A program made the position numbers and the translations under genes. A DNA stretch of 35,113 bases from NCBI GenBank assembly GCA_050012755.1, contig JBEKGO010000027.1:1-35113 (forward strand), written 5' to 3'. The stretch comes from Candidatus Bathyarchaeia archaeon. Its GTDB lineage: Archaea; Thermoproteota; Bathyarchaeia; Bathyarchaeales; Bathycorpusculaceae. Below are positions 27,353-35,113 of the stretch, one piece after another. The notes under the pieces were generated by a model, which saw nothing but the letters and a program-made list of their open reading frames with translations, was not told the origin of the DNA and made no database searches. How positions within the stretch are numbered: the stretch's first letter is position 1; every line of letters begins with the position of its first letter.

Positions 27353-28450
27353 ATGGGTGAAAAAATGGAAAATAAAAAATTAAAAATCGGTGTCATAGGT
27401 TGTGGCTTTGTAGCTTCAGCATGGCACATTCCGGGATTTATGCGAATAGAGAAAAAAGCCAGTGTACAAGCACTATGTGATATTAGTCCTCAACTTGTAG
27501 CATCTGCGGCTAAAGAATTCAATGTGAAGAAAACTTATTCAAATGTAAGTGAAATGCTCAAGAAGGAAGAATTGGACATAGTCGACATATGCACTCCTCC
27601 GCATACACACGCTGCATTGGCAGTCGAGGCTATGGAAGCTGGTTGCAATGTACTAATAGAGAAGCCCATGGCTCTAAAACTTTCTGAAGGCGATGAGATG
27701 GTTCGTGTTTCTAAGAAAACTGGTAAACAAGTGTGTGTAGTCCACAACGAACTATTCCGTCCGCCGATGATTGAAGCGAGAAAGCTCGTAAAAGAAGGCA
27801 AAATCGGCAAGGTTCTGGGAATGGAATGGGTCCGTTTCACTCACAAAGATGAGTACCTTACGAAGCAAAACCACTGGATTCATAAACTTCCTGGAGGGTT
27901 AATAGGTGAAGTTGGTCCACACGCTGTCTACGCTTCTTTAGCATTCTTGAAGACAATTAAAGATGTTGAAATAACGGCAAAGAACATACTGAAATACCCC
28001 TGGGCTCCGTTCGATTACTTTAACATTATCTTCGAAGGAGAAGAAATAACAAGCTCAGTCATAATTTCCATGGCAAGCAACAACTTTATTGCAGACGTAA
28101 ACGTCTTTGGGACTGACGCGACATTGAGGCTAGACTTGCAAAAAATGTCGTTAATACAGCAAAAACTGAATACGACGAAGCCTTATGCTCTTGCTGTTTC
28201 CTCTTTTAAATCCGCTGATCAAATAGTAAGCAATGTTATGTCCAACGCTGCAAAAATGGCTTTTACAAAAGCTGCTAAGGGGCGAGTAATCGGCCACGCC
28301 ACAGAAATTGAACAATACGTAGACAGCATCATAAACAATCAGAGACCGCCCGTAACGGCTGAAGAAGGCAGAGAAGTAATCAGAGTCATGGAAATGCTAG
28401 TGCAAAAACTCAACCAAAAGTACCCACCCACATCCAAACAACCACAATAA
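27353..28450 (+). CDS. Gfo/Idh/MocA family oxidoreductase
   Basis: IGVIGCG, DICTPPHTH, VLIEKPMA, GGLIGEVGPH. Confidence 0.92.
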   Translation: MGEKMENKKLKIGVIGCGFVASAWHIPGFMRIEKKASVQALCDISPQLVASAAKEFNVKKTYSNVSEMLKKEELDIVDICTPPHTHAALAVEAMEAGCNVLIEKPMALKLSEGDEMVRVSKKTGKQVCVVHNELFRPPMIEARKLVKEGKIGKVLGMEWVRFTHKDEYLTKQNHWIHKLPGGLIGEVGPHAVYASLAFLKTIKDVEITAKNILKYPWAPFDYFNIIFEGEEITSSVIISMASNNFIADVNVFGTDATLRLDLQKMSLIQQKLNTTKPYALAVSSFKSADQIVSNVMSNAAKMAFTKAAKGRVIGHATEIEQYVDSIINNQRPPVTAEEGREVIRVMEMLVQKLNQKYPPTSKQPQ

Positions 28451-28474
28451 TTCAAATAATAAACAACATAGTGG

Positions 28475-29905
28475 TTGAAGAAAAGAACTATGAGAATTCC
28501 ATACGGAAAAGGGATAGAATTCTATTCAAAGAGCCCCTTGCAGTTGCAGAAGGTCATAAGTGTTTTTTTAGCCCCTATTCCACGTTCCATGATGCTGGGT
28601 TCCGGTTTTCAGGCTTTCCTGAGGGAACTAAACAGAACGCAATGGTATAAACCGTATGAGCTCAGGAAGCACCAGGAAAGTCGACTTAGGTCACTAATAA
28701 GACATGCCTATGAAAACGTACCTTACTATAATAGGCTTTTCAAGCAGAGAAGCATAACACCTGATGACGTAAAGACGATTGAAGATTTAAAAAAAATTCC
28801 CGTATTGACTAAGAACGATTTAAGGGATCATTTTAAGGAACTGATTGCGGTAAACGCGGAAGTTTATAGATATGGGAAAAGCCGTACGAGCGGATCCACA
28901 GGCAAACCTGTGACGTTCTACTTGGATCAGCAAAACCGCGAGATGGAATATGCAGCGAAATGGAGACAACGAGGATGGGCTAATGTTGATCTAAATAGTA
29001 GGATAGCTTCATTCAGAGCGTTCAGAGGCATGCGAGGAACAGATTTTCAGGGTGGAAAACCTCGTTGGAACTATAATGCATTATCAAAGGAATTAGAATT
29101 CAATATATTCGGGCTAAACAGGGCAAATTTGGGAAAACAGGTGCAGAAACTAAGAGAGTTTAATCCAAATCTAATAGAAGGGTATCCTTCTGTAATAGAA
29201 TTGTTAGCGAAACATGTTTTGGAGCACGGTTACAATGACATTTGCCCTATTGCTGTTCAGACTAGTTCTGAGTCTCTGCTAACCAGAAGAGAAACTATCG
29301 AAAAAGCATTCGGGTGCAAGGTTTTCGACAGATATGGGCAGTCTGAATACGTTGTGTCTGTTGACGAGTGCCCGGCTGGTAGCTACCATGTGGCTGAATC
29401 TGGAATACTGGAAGTTATTAAGGATGGCGAACAGGTTTCAGACGGAGAAATCGGAGAGATAATAGGCACGGGACTGTGTAACTATTCGATGCCTCTTATT
29501 AGGTACCGAACAACCGATATCTGTCAACACTCAGCAGAATTCTGTAGCTGCGGACGAGGTATGCCATTGATCAAGTCTTTGGAAGGGCGAACCTCCGATA
29601 TTATACTGTCTCCTGACGGAAGGTCTGTTACTGGAGTGTCTTTCGAACATTATTGGAAACACGTGATAAGTCCGCAGACACCACATCTTGATTATGTCCA
29701 CGTCATTCAAAAAGCCGATTACAGCTTAATAGTCCAGATGGTGAAGACAAAAGGCTATTCAGACGAGGAAACTTCAGCGATTTTACAAGGACTAGATGTG
29801 CTTTTGGGTTCGGAGATTAGAATTGCATTTGAAGAATTACCTTCGATTCCCGCTCGAAAGAAATGGAGATTTACTGAATCTCAAGCAAACGTTCGCCTAC
29901 TGTGA
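28475..29905 (+). CDS. Phenylacetate--CoA ligase family (CapK-like) adenylate-forming enzyme
   Basis: HAYENVPYY, TSGSTGKP, DRYGQSE, MPLIRYRTTD, CSCGR, EGR. Confidence 0.9.
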   Translation: MKKRTMRIPYGKGIEFYSKSPLQLQKVISVFLAPIPRSMMLGSGFQAFLRELNRTQWYKPYELRKHQESRLRSLIRHAYENVPYYNRLFKQRSITPDDVKTIEDLKKIPVLTKNDLRDHFKELIAVNAEVYRYGKSRTSGSTGKPVTFYLDQQNREMEYAAKWRQRGWANVDLNSRIASFRAFRGMRGTDFQGGKPRWNYNALSKELEFNIFGLNRANLGKQVQKLREFNPNLIEGYPSVIELLAKHVLEHGYNDICPIAVQTSSESLLTRRETIEKAFGCKVFDRYGQSEYVVSVDECPAGSYHVAESGILEVIKDGEQVSDGEIGEIIGTGLCNYSMPLIRYRTTDICQHSAEFCSCGRGMPLIKSLEGRTSDIILSPDGRSVTGVSFEHYWKHVISPQTPHLDYVHVIQKADYSLIVQMVKTKGYSDEETSAILQGLDVLLGSEIRIAFEELPSIPARKKWRFTESQANVRLL

Positions 29906-31143
29906 GACTCTTCGTAACTGCAATTCCGGTTAGATTTTGGATGGCGCTCTATTTCAAAATGTCTGTCACTAGTAACTATCAATCTTATTCGGGGACGGTG
30001 AGAAATAAGGTTCTAATAGTAGGTCCTCTGCCACCGACGGTAGGTGGTATTACAACTTTTATTGTTGGACTTTTGAACTCAGACCTTGTAAATAGTTATA
30101 AACTCGTCGCGTTTGGCACCCAAAGACCTACTTATGGAATATTCAAGGTGGGTTCTGGCTACAAGATGGGAATGAGTATTGGTGCCGTTAATTTAGTGAG
30201 GTCAGGTATTTGTACACTATCACATTTGATGGCTTTTCCGTTTTCGATTGTTAAAAATAGGCCGGATATTGTTCACATAAATACTGCCAGTTATTGGCCT
30301 TTTTGGGAAAATGCATTGTATGTAATTGTCTCAAAGATTTTATTGAAAAGAACAATTCTCCACATTCACGGTGGGGAATTCGACAAGTTCTATCAGGGTA
30401 GCAACCTTTTTTCGAAAACCCTAATACGCAGAGTCATGAATCTTCCTGAAAGAATTATTGTTCTGTCCCCGACTTGGGGTCGATTTTTTAGTAATGTTTT
30501 ACCAAGTAAGAAAATCTCAATTCTGGGGAATTTCGCGGATGTTTCATTGTATAGCAATTTTGATGTAGATAGTAAGTTCTCAAGTGACAAGGTCGACGTG
30601 CTTTTTATCGGCGGAACTGAGGCCAAACGAAAGGGACTCTACGATTTTGTTGAAGCTGCTTCCTTGGTTGCAAAACAGTGCCCAAACGTATTCTTTACTC
30701 TTGTTTCTTGTTCTGGAATAAAGGGACTTGATGCCCTCTGTGAACAGAAAGGAATTAAAAACTGCACAAAATTGTTAGGCTTTATTAGTGAAAAAGAAAA
30801 AATCAAAACTATTTTGGATTCAAGTATTTTCGTTTTACCCAGTTACGGTGAAAACTTCCCGGTTGCCCTACTTGAAGCTATGGCCGCAGGTTTATCAATC
30901 GTAGCGTCGGCAGTTGGAGCAATCCCTGATGTGGTCAAAGAACGGATTAACGGATTCCTAATTAAACCAGGTGACTACGAAACATTAGCACAGAGAATAG
31001 TCGTGTTGGCCAAAGACAGTAACCTCCGAAAACAGATTGCTAAAAACAACATGATAACCGTAAACCAAAATTACAGCAAAACCGTAATCACTCAAAAACT
31101 TTGTAAGGAATATGATAGACTGTTGAATGAAGCATCGTCTTAG
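29902..31143 (+). CDS. Glycosyltransferase family 4
   Basis: VLIVGPLPPTVGGI, HIHGG, FVLPSYGENFPVALLEAMA. The true start may be the GTG at 29998. Confidence 0.92.
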   Translation: MRLFVTAIPVRFWMALYFKMSVTSNYQSYSGTVRNKVLIVGPLPPTVGGITTFIVGLLNSDLVNSYKLVAFGTQRPTYGIFKVGSGYKMGMSIGAVNLVRSGICTLSHLMAFPFSIVKNRPDIVHINTASYWPFWENALYVIVSKILLKRTILHIHGGEFDKFYQGSNLFSKTLIRRVMNLPERIIVLSPTWGRFFSNVLPSKKISILGNFADVSLYSNFDVDSKFSSDKVDVLFIGGTEAKRKGLYDFVEAASLVAKQCPNVFFTLVSCSGIKGLDALCEQKGIKNCTKLLGFISEKEKIKTILDSSIFVLPSYGENFPVALLEAMAAGLSIVASAVGAIPDVVKERINGFLIKPGDYETLAQRIVVLAKDSNLRKQIAKNNMITVNQNYSKTVITQKLCKEYDRLLNEASS

Positions 31144-31256
31144 CAAGGAGTCGAAAAGGAAAGGGTCTGAGGCTTTGGGCAAACGCGAATTTTCTCTCTC
31201 TTGAACAGTTATTCCATATTTGAAGTTGTCTTCTAAAACAGACCGGTGCCTCAAAG

Positions 31257-32288
31257 TTGAACATCCTTGTTTATTGCCGTATTAACACGTTTTCCGATTA
31301 TGCTTCCTTTGCCAGGGTTTTGTTGAAGCTCGGAATAAAAGTCACTTGCGTCCACAAGAGTAAGTTCGTATCTCAGTCCGTTTTGCTTAGGGAAGTCCCA
31401 GATCCAAAGCTGATAGAACTCATAAGACGGTTCAATCCTGATATAGTACTGTCGGACACACCGCTCTATGCTCCAAAAATGGCAAAACTAACAGGCAGGA
31501 GAGTAATCTACCATATGCTTGGTGACTTGTGGACCGAATTTAACCCCTACAAAACGTTGTCTCGGTCTGTTTTTGGGAGAATTTATAAACACTACGAGAG
31601 TTCCGTATTAGACAAAAGCATTCAAGATGCTGATCTTGTTCTTGCAAATAGTAAGTGGTTGCTGAACTTATTAAGGGCGAAAATTCCAAAACATCCTGCA
31701 AAACTACTTTATACTGGCATCGATGCGAATGAATGGTTGCCGAACCAAAAAAATCTATTCTGCCTCAAACATCCTGCAGCTGTGGGCATATTCGATTTTA
31801 ATGTCTATCCAAAGGTTGCAGGGCTTTTGCGATTCACTAGTGTTGTAAAAAAAATGCCTGATGTAAGTTTCTATTTCGCTGGGAAAGGACCCTATTTCGA
31901 CTTTGTTAAGAAAAATTGTCCGCCAAATATGTTCCTGTTGGGAAGGGTTTCAAAACCAGAAGTTGAGAAATTGCTAGGTAGCGCTGACATATTTGTACAT
32001 CCCTCTGGACTAGATGTCTTGCCAAGAAGCGTTAAAGAAGCATCTCTCATGGAAAAGCCAATAATCGCTTCAAATGTTGGCGGCATACCTGAAATAGTCA
32101 AAAACAATCAAACAGGATATTTATGCGATATTGATGATGTTGACCAATGGCTCAGAAAAATCCGTTTTCTGCTGGAAACTCCTAATGTTGCCAAAGTGTT
32201 TGGCAAAAATGCACGAAAATTTGTTGGGGAAACTTTTGGCTGGGAAAAAATTGCGGAAAACTTCGTGGAGGATATCGAATCTTTTTAA
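31257..32288 (+). CDS. Glycosyltransferase family 4
   Basis: ADIFVHPSGLDVLPRSVKEA, IIASNVGGIPEIV, F.WE.IA. Confidence 0.9.
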   Translation: MNILVYCRINTFSDYASFARVLLKLGIKVTCVHKSKFVSQSVLLREVPDPKLIELIRRFNPDIVLSDTPLYAPKMAKLTGRRVIYHMLGDLWTEFNPYKTLSRSVFGRIYKHYESSVLDKSIQDADLVLANSKWLLNLLRAKIPKHPAKLLYTGIDANEWLPNQKNLFCLKHPAAVGIFDFNVYPKVAGLLRFTSVVKKMPDVSFYFAGKGPYFDFVKKNCPPNMFLLGRVSKPEVEKLLGSADIFVHPSGLDVLPRSVKEASLMEKPIIASNVGGIPEIVKNNQTGYLCDIDDVDQWLRKIRFLLETPNVAKVFGKNARKFVGETFGWEKIAENFVEDIESF

Positions 32289-32737
32289 TAACAAAGGGCA
32301 ATTTGGTAGAGTTAAACGAGGAAAGATATAAATTTGGTCTCTGTATGTTGCCAAGAGCGCGCGCCAAGACCCTTTTCTCTTTCGTTGTGGAGCTTTGAGT
32401 TGCCTGTTGTCGAGATGCTATTGCATATTTCTATGAGTGAAGCTTCTCCTCGCGCAAGTACAGAAGTTTCCAGACTTGATGCTTTTAGCATTCCTAAAAT
32501 GTGGTGATCAAAGGCCCCTTCCGTTTTCACACAAGCTAGAAAGGACTCGTAACAGTTTTAAAACCCTATTTAGCTTCCTCAATTGGGTTGGCAGTTTTTA
32601 TTACTTCCTCCAGCGTTTCGCTCTCTTCCCTGATATTTAAATTAATCAACGCTCGCAGGTATCAAGAAATACTTCAAAATAATATAAAGTGCGGCTGATC
32701 GTTTTTGAGCGGTAAGGATTCTCAGTAAGAATCAGGA

Positions 32738-33685
32738 ATGGTTGTGAACATGAATGCTAAAGAACAGAGCTTAGCACGTTTGAACCGAACGCCGCGCGGG
32801 CTATCTCTCGCATCCCAATTGGGGCATTTTTTTGTCTATTCTTTCAGAAGACCTGAAAATTTGTTTAAGAAAGCGATGCTTATTGTCTCGACTGATATTG
32901 ATGTTGGAAGTTCTGATCTTGGGATTATAAACCAAGGAAAGCGGGATAGAGACGTCAATGTTTCTCTAAGTGAGTATCAGATTGGAAGGATGGAAGAAAT
33001 CGCTATCCCACCAGTAATCAAAGCTTTTAATGACTTTGAAATTCCAATTACCTTGGCAATAAGGGGGCAGCTAACCGAAATCAATAGTCACGTTATGGAA
33101 ATCCTTCTAACCTCGCAAATTAAGCACGATATTGGAGCACACGGTTATTATCACAAATTATTCTCACAAATTTCAGACGAGAAAGCGGAAGAAGAATTGG
33201 TTAAGATTTCTCAAGGTATGAAGAAATATAACATAGTCCCTGAAACCTTTATTTTTCCCAGGAATCGCGTAGCGCACCTAGATTTGCTCGAAAAGCACGG
33301 ATACATATGTTACAGAGGAGCAGGAGGCGGCAGTTTAGCTGATCGCATGTTTATAGAGAGAAATGGTCAACTTCATAATGTTCATCCTAGCCTCTTCATT
33401 GGAGACCAAGATACAAATCTATTCATGTTGAAACGTATGCTAGACATATCAACGCGAAAAAGTTTGCCATTTCACGTGTGGTTTCATTTCTGGAATTTTG
33501 GTTATAACGCGAAACTAGTTTCGTGGAACATTAGAAGGCTGCTTCTGCCATTTCTTTCCTATGCGTCGGAGAGACAGAGAGAGGGCTTGTTGGACTTTGA
33601 AACAATGCTTTCTGCTGCTCGGAAAGTAGAAAAATGTGATAAGGCCAAGAGTCGTGGTTGTGACAACAGCAGCAAAGCACAGTAA
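32738..33685 (+). CDS. Polysaccharide deacetylase-like protein (7-stranded barrel)
   Basis: VSTDID, IPITLAI, IGAHGYYH, FIFPRN, WFHFWN. Confidence 0.8.
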   Translation: MVVNMNAKEQSLARLNRTPRGLSLASQLGHFFVYSFRRPENLFKKAMLIVSTDIDVGSSDLGIINQGKRDRDVNVSLSEYQIGRMEEIAIPPVIKAFNDFEIPITLAIRGQLTEINSHVMEILLTSQIKHDIGAHGYYHKLFSQISDEKAEEELVKISQGMKKYNIVPETFIFPRNRVAHLDLLEKHGYICYRGAGGGSLADRMFIERNGQLHNVHPSLFIGDQDTNLFMLKRMLDISTRKSLPFHVWFHFWNFGYNAKLVSWNIRRLLLPFLSYASERQREGLLDFETMLSAARKVEKCDKAKSRGCDNSSKAQ

Positions 33686-33699
33686 GAGTTGAAGCTGTA

Positions 33700-34839
33700 A
33701 TGAACGTGTTAATGCTGACACCTGAATTGCACCCCTATCAGGCGGGTGGTGTAGGCGTGCATGCTTATTATCTTAATAAGTTTTTAGCTAGCGATCCGAA
33801 ATACAGAGTTTTGTTCTTTGCAACTTGCCCGATAGCTATGAGGCGTAAATTCAGGTCATGGGACGCCGGTCAAACTGTCTTTATCTACTTGCTACCCCAC
33901 CCTTTGGAATCCATCTCTTATTCGGTTAATGTGGTTAAAACCCTAGTAATTCCTTTTCTTGCAAAAACTAAAGCCAAAGCCCATGTTATTCATGCGCACA
34001 CAGCTCTTCTTCAAGTCCTTTTTCCAGTTTACCTTATGAGTTTGCTGGGTAAAACTCCATTTATCATCACTGTTCACGGAGACGATATTCGCAAACTTAG
34101 ACGGATGAGAATCGTAAAACTAATACAGAGGTTTCTGTTGAAAAAGGCTTCCTATATTACATGTGTCTCAAAGGAAATTCAACAGATTTTATCAGGCGAA
34201 TATGGTTTGGAAAATGACAAACTGATTACAATACCTAATGGTTATGATGATAATTTGGTCTCGAAGGTGAAAGCGCATAACATTAATGGTAAAGAAAACA
34301 AAATTGTATTTGTGGGACGTCTGGAACAAGGTAAAGATCCCTTTACTCTAATACGGGCTTTTAAAAGAATATCAATTCGTCATGAGGATGCTAAGTTGCT
34401 TATAATTGGCGATGGCTCCTTAAGAGAGAGCATGGAAACCTTGTGCAAAGAACTTAATATTGCAGACCGAGTCTTCTTCTATGGTCATCTTAGTCTCGAA
34501 AAGGTCATGGCTCTCGTGGCTGATAGTAATATATATGCGTTGACCTCTCTCGAGGAGGGTTTGCCTATTTCTCTCATTGAAGCAATGGCGTTAGGAAGAC
34601 CAATAGTCGCTACCAACGTAGGTGGCGTGCCAGATGTCGTTGAAGACGGAATTAATGGCTTACTTGTTCCGCCAAGAGCGCCCGAACGTTTGGCACAGGC
34701 TATGGAACGATTGCTGAATGAACCAGGATTATCTTTAAAACTAGCAAAAGCAGCGTCTACAAGTGCAAAGGATTACTCCTGGCACAACATAGTTAGTATG
34801 TACGAACACCTTTATGAGACTTTAATAGTGCAAAGCTGA
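33700..34839 (+). CDS. Glycosyltransferase family 4
   Basis: GGVGVH, FVGRL...K, EEGLPISLIEAMALG, ATNVGGVPDVV. Confidence 0.94.
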   Translation: MNVLMLTPELHPYQAGGVGVHAYYLNKFLASDPKYRVLFFATCPIAMRRKFRSWDAGQTVFIYLLPHPLESISYSVNVVKTLVIPFLAKTKAKAHVIHAHTALLQVLFPVYLMSLLGKTPFIITVHGDDIRKLRRMRIVKLIQRFLLKKASYITCVSKEIQQILSGEYGLENDKLITIPNGYDDNLVSKVKAHNINGKENKIVFVGRLEQGKDPFTLIRAFKRISIRHEDAKLLIIGDGSLRESMETLCKELNIADRVFFYGHLSLEKVMALVADSNIYALTSLEEGLPISLIEAMALGRPIVATNVGGVPDVVEDGINGLLVPPRAPERLAQAMERLLNEPGLSLKLAKAASTSAKDYSWHNIVSMYEHLYETLIVQS

Positions 34840-34996
34840 AGCGCGGGCTCGCAGCTATTGGCCTGACTATTTTGCGACCGAATCATAAGTATCAGTCGCT
34901 TGAAGGAGTGATTTCGCGTTTTCCTAAAACTGTCGCGACGATCTTTTGGCGCGCGTTGGTGCTCATGAATTCTTTTCAGCTTACTCTTCCTATTTA

Positions 34997-35113
34997 TTAG
35001 GGTAAAAGAACAACTCCGCTCCACGCGCCCAGATTGATGCTCGAGACTGCTGTGCCATTTACTAAATGATAATTGCCACCGAGATTAACATTGTAGGAAT
35101 TATCTGAGGGATT
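34997..35113 (-). CDS. C-terminal end of a gene truncated by the window edge (possibly a glycoside-hydrolase-like protein)
   Basis: Open minus-strand frame NPSDNSYNVNLGGNYHLVNGTAVSSINLGAWSGVVLLP*, resembling the C-terminal beta-sandwich strands of glycoside-hydrolase-like proteins. Not in the ORF track. Confidence 0.6.
   Translation of the reverse strand, partial: NPSDNSYNVNLGGNYHLVNGTAVSSINLGAWSGVVLLP

Noticed and set aside
32290-32735. Possible gene remnant in the 450-bp gap (ORFs 32312-32530 and 32437-32640; minus-strand fragment IREESETLEEVIKTANPIEEAK)
   Set aside because: It may be a decayed gene, but no family motif can be supported by eye.

Overview
Archaeal chromosomal window. Gene content and style (DUF1512 protein, type II MetAP, archaeal TrpRS, COG1665-like NTases, DUF1616 protein, frequent TTG/GTG starts) point to a TACK archaeon, most likely Bathyarchaeia; this is an inference. 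The left part (1-9.6 kb) is mostly core: 5S rRNA, a DUF1512 gene pair, map, a flavin reductase, a flavodoxin-family/TetR module with three tandem palindromic operators, trpS, and three tandem paralogous pol-beta-superfamily nucleotidyltransferases. A ~490-bp intergenic region follows with two oppositely oriented arrays of exactly 10-bp-phased repeats (9 x TGTGT-type and 5 x GTACA). The 10-15 kb stretch is accessory: CDGSH and CxxS thioredoxin genes, decayed toxin-antitoxin loci and small proteins. From about 13.7 kb to the end lies a large surface-glycan synthesis and modification cluster: GT2s, GT4s, deacetylases, ATP-grasp, HAD, PIG-L, WbqC, DegT, epimerase, Gfo/Idh/MocA and a CapK-like ligase. 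It also contains a TRAM-less MiaB-like radical SAM enzyme between a DUF1616 gene and a decayed partial copy of that gene. The most interesting leads are the NTase triad, the phased repeat arrays beside it, the methylthiotransferase-like enzyme in the glycan cluster, and apparent ATT start codons. All family assignments come from motif recognition by eye, not from database searches.
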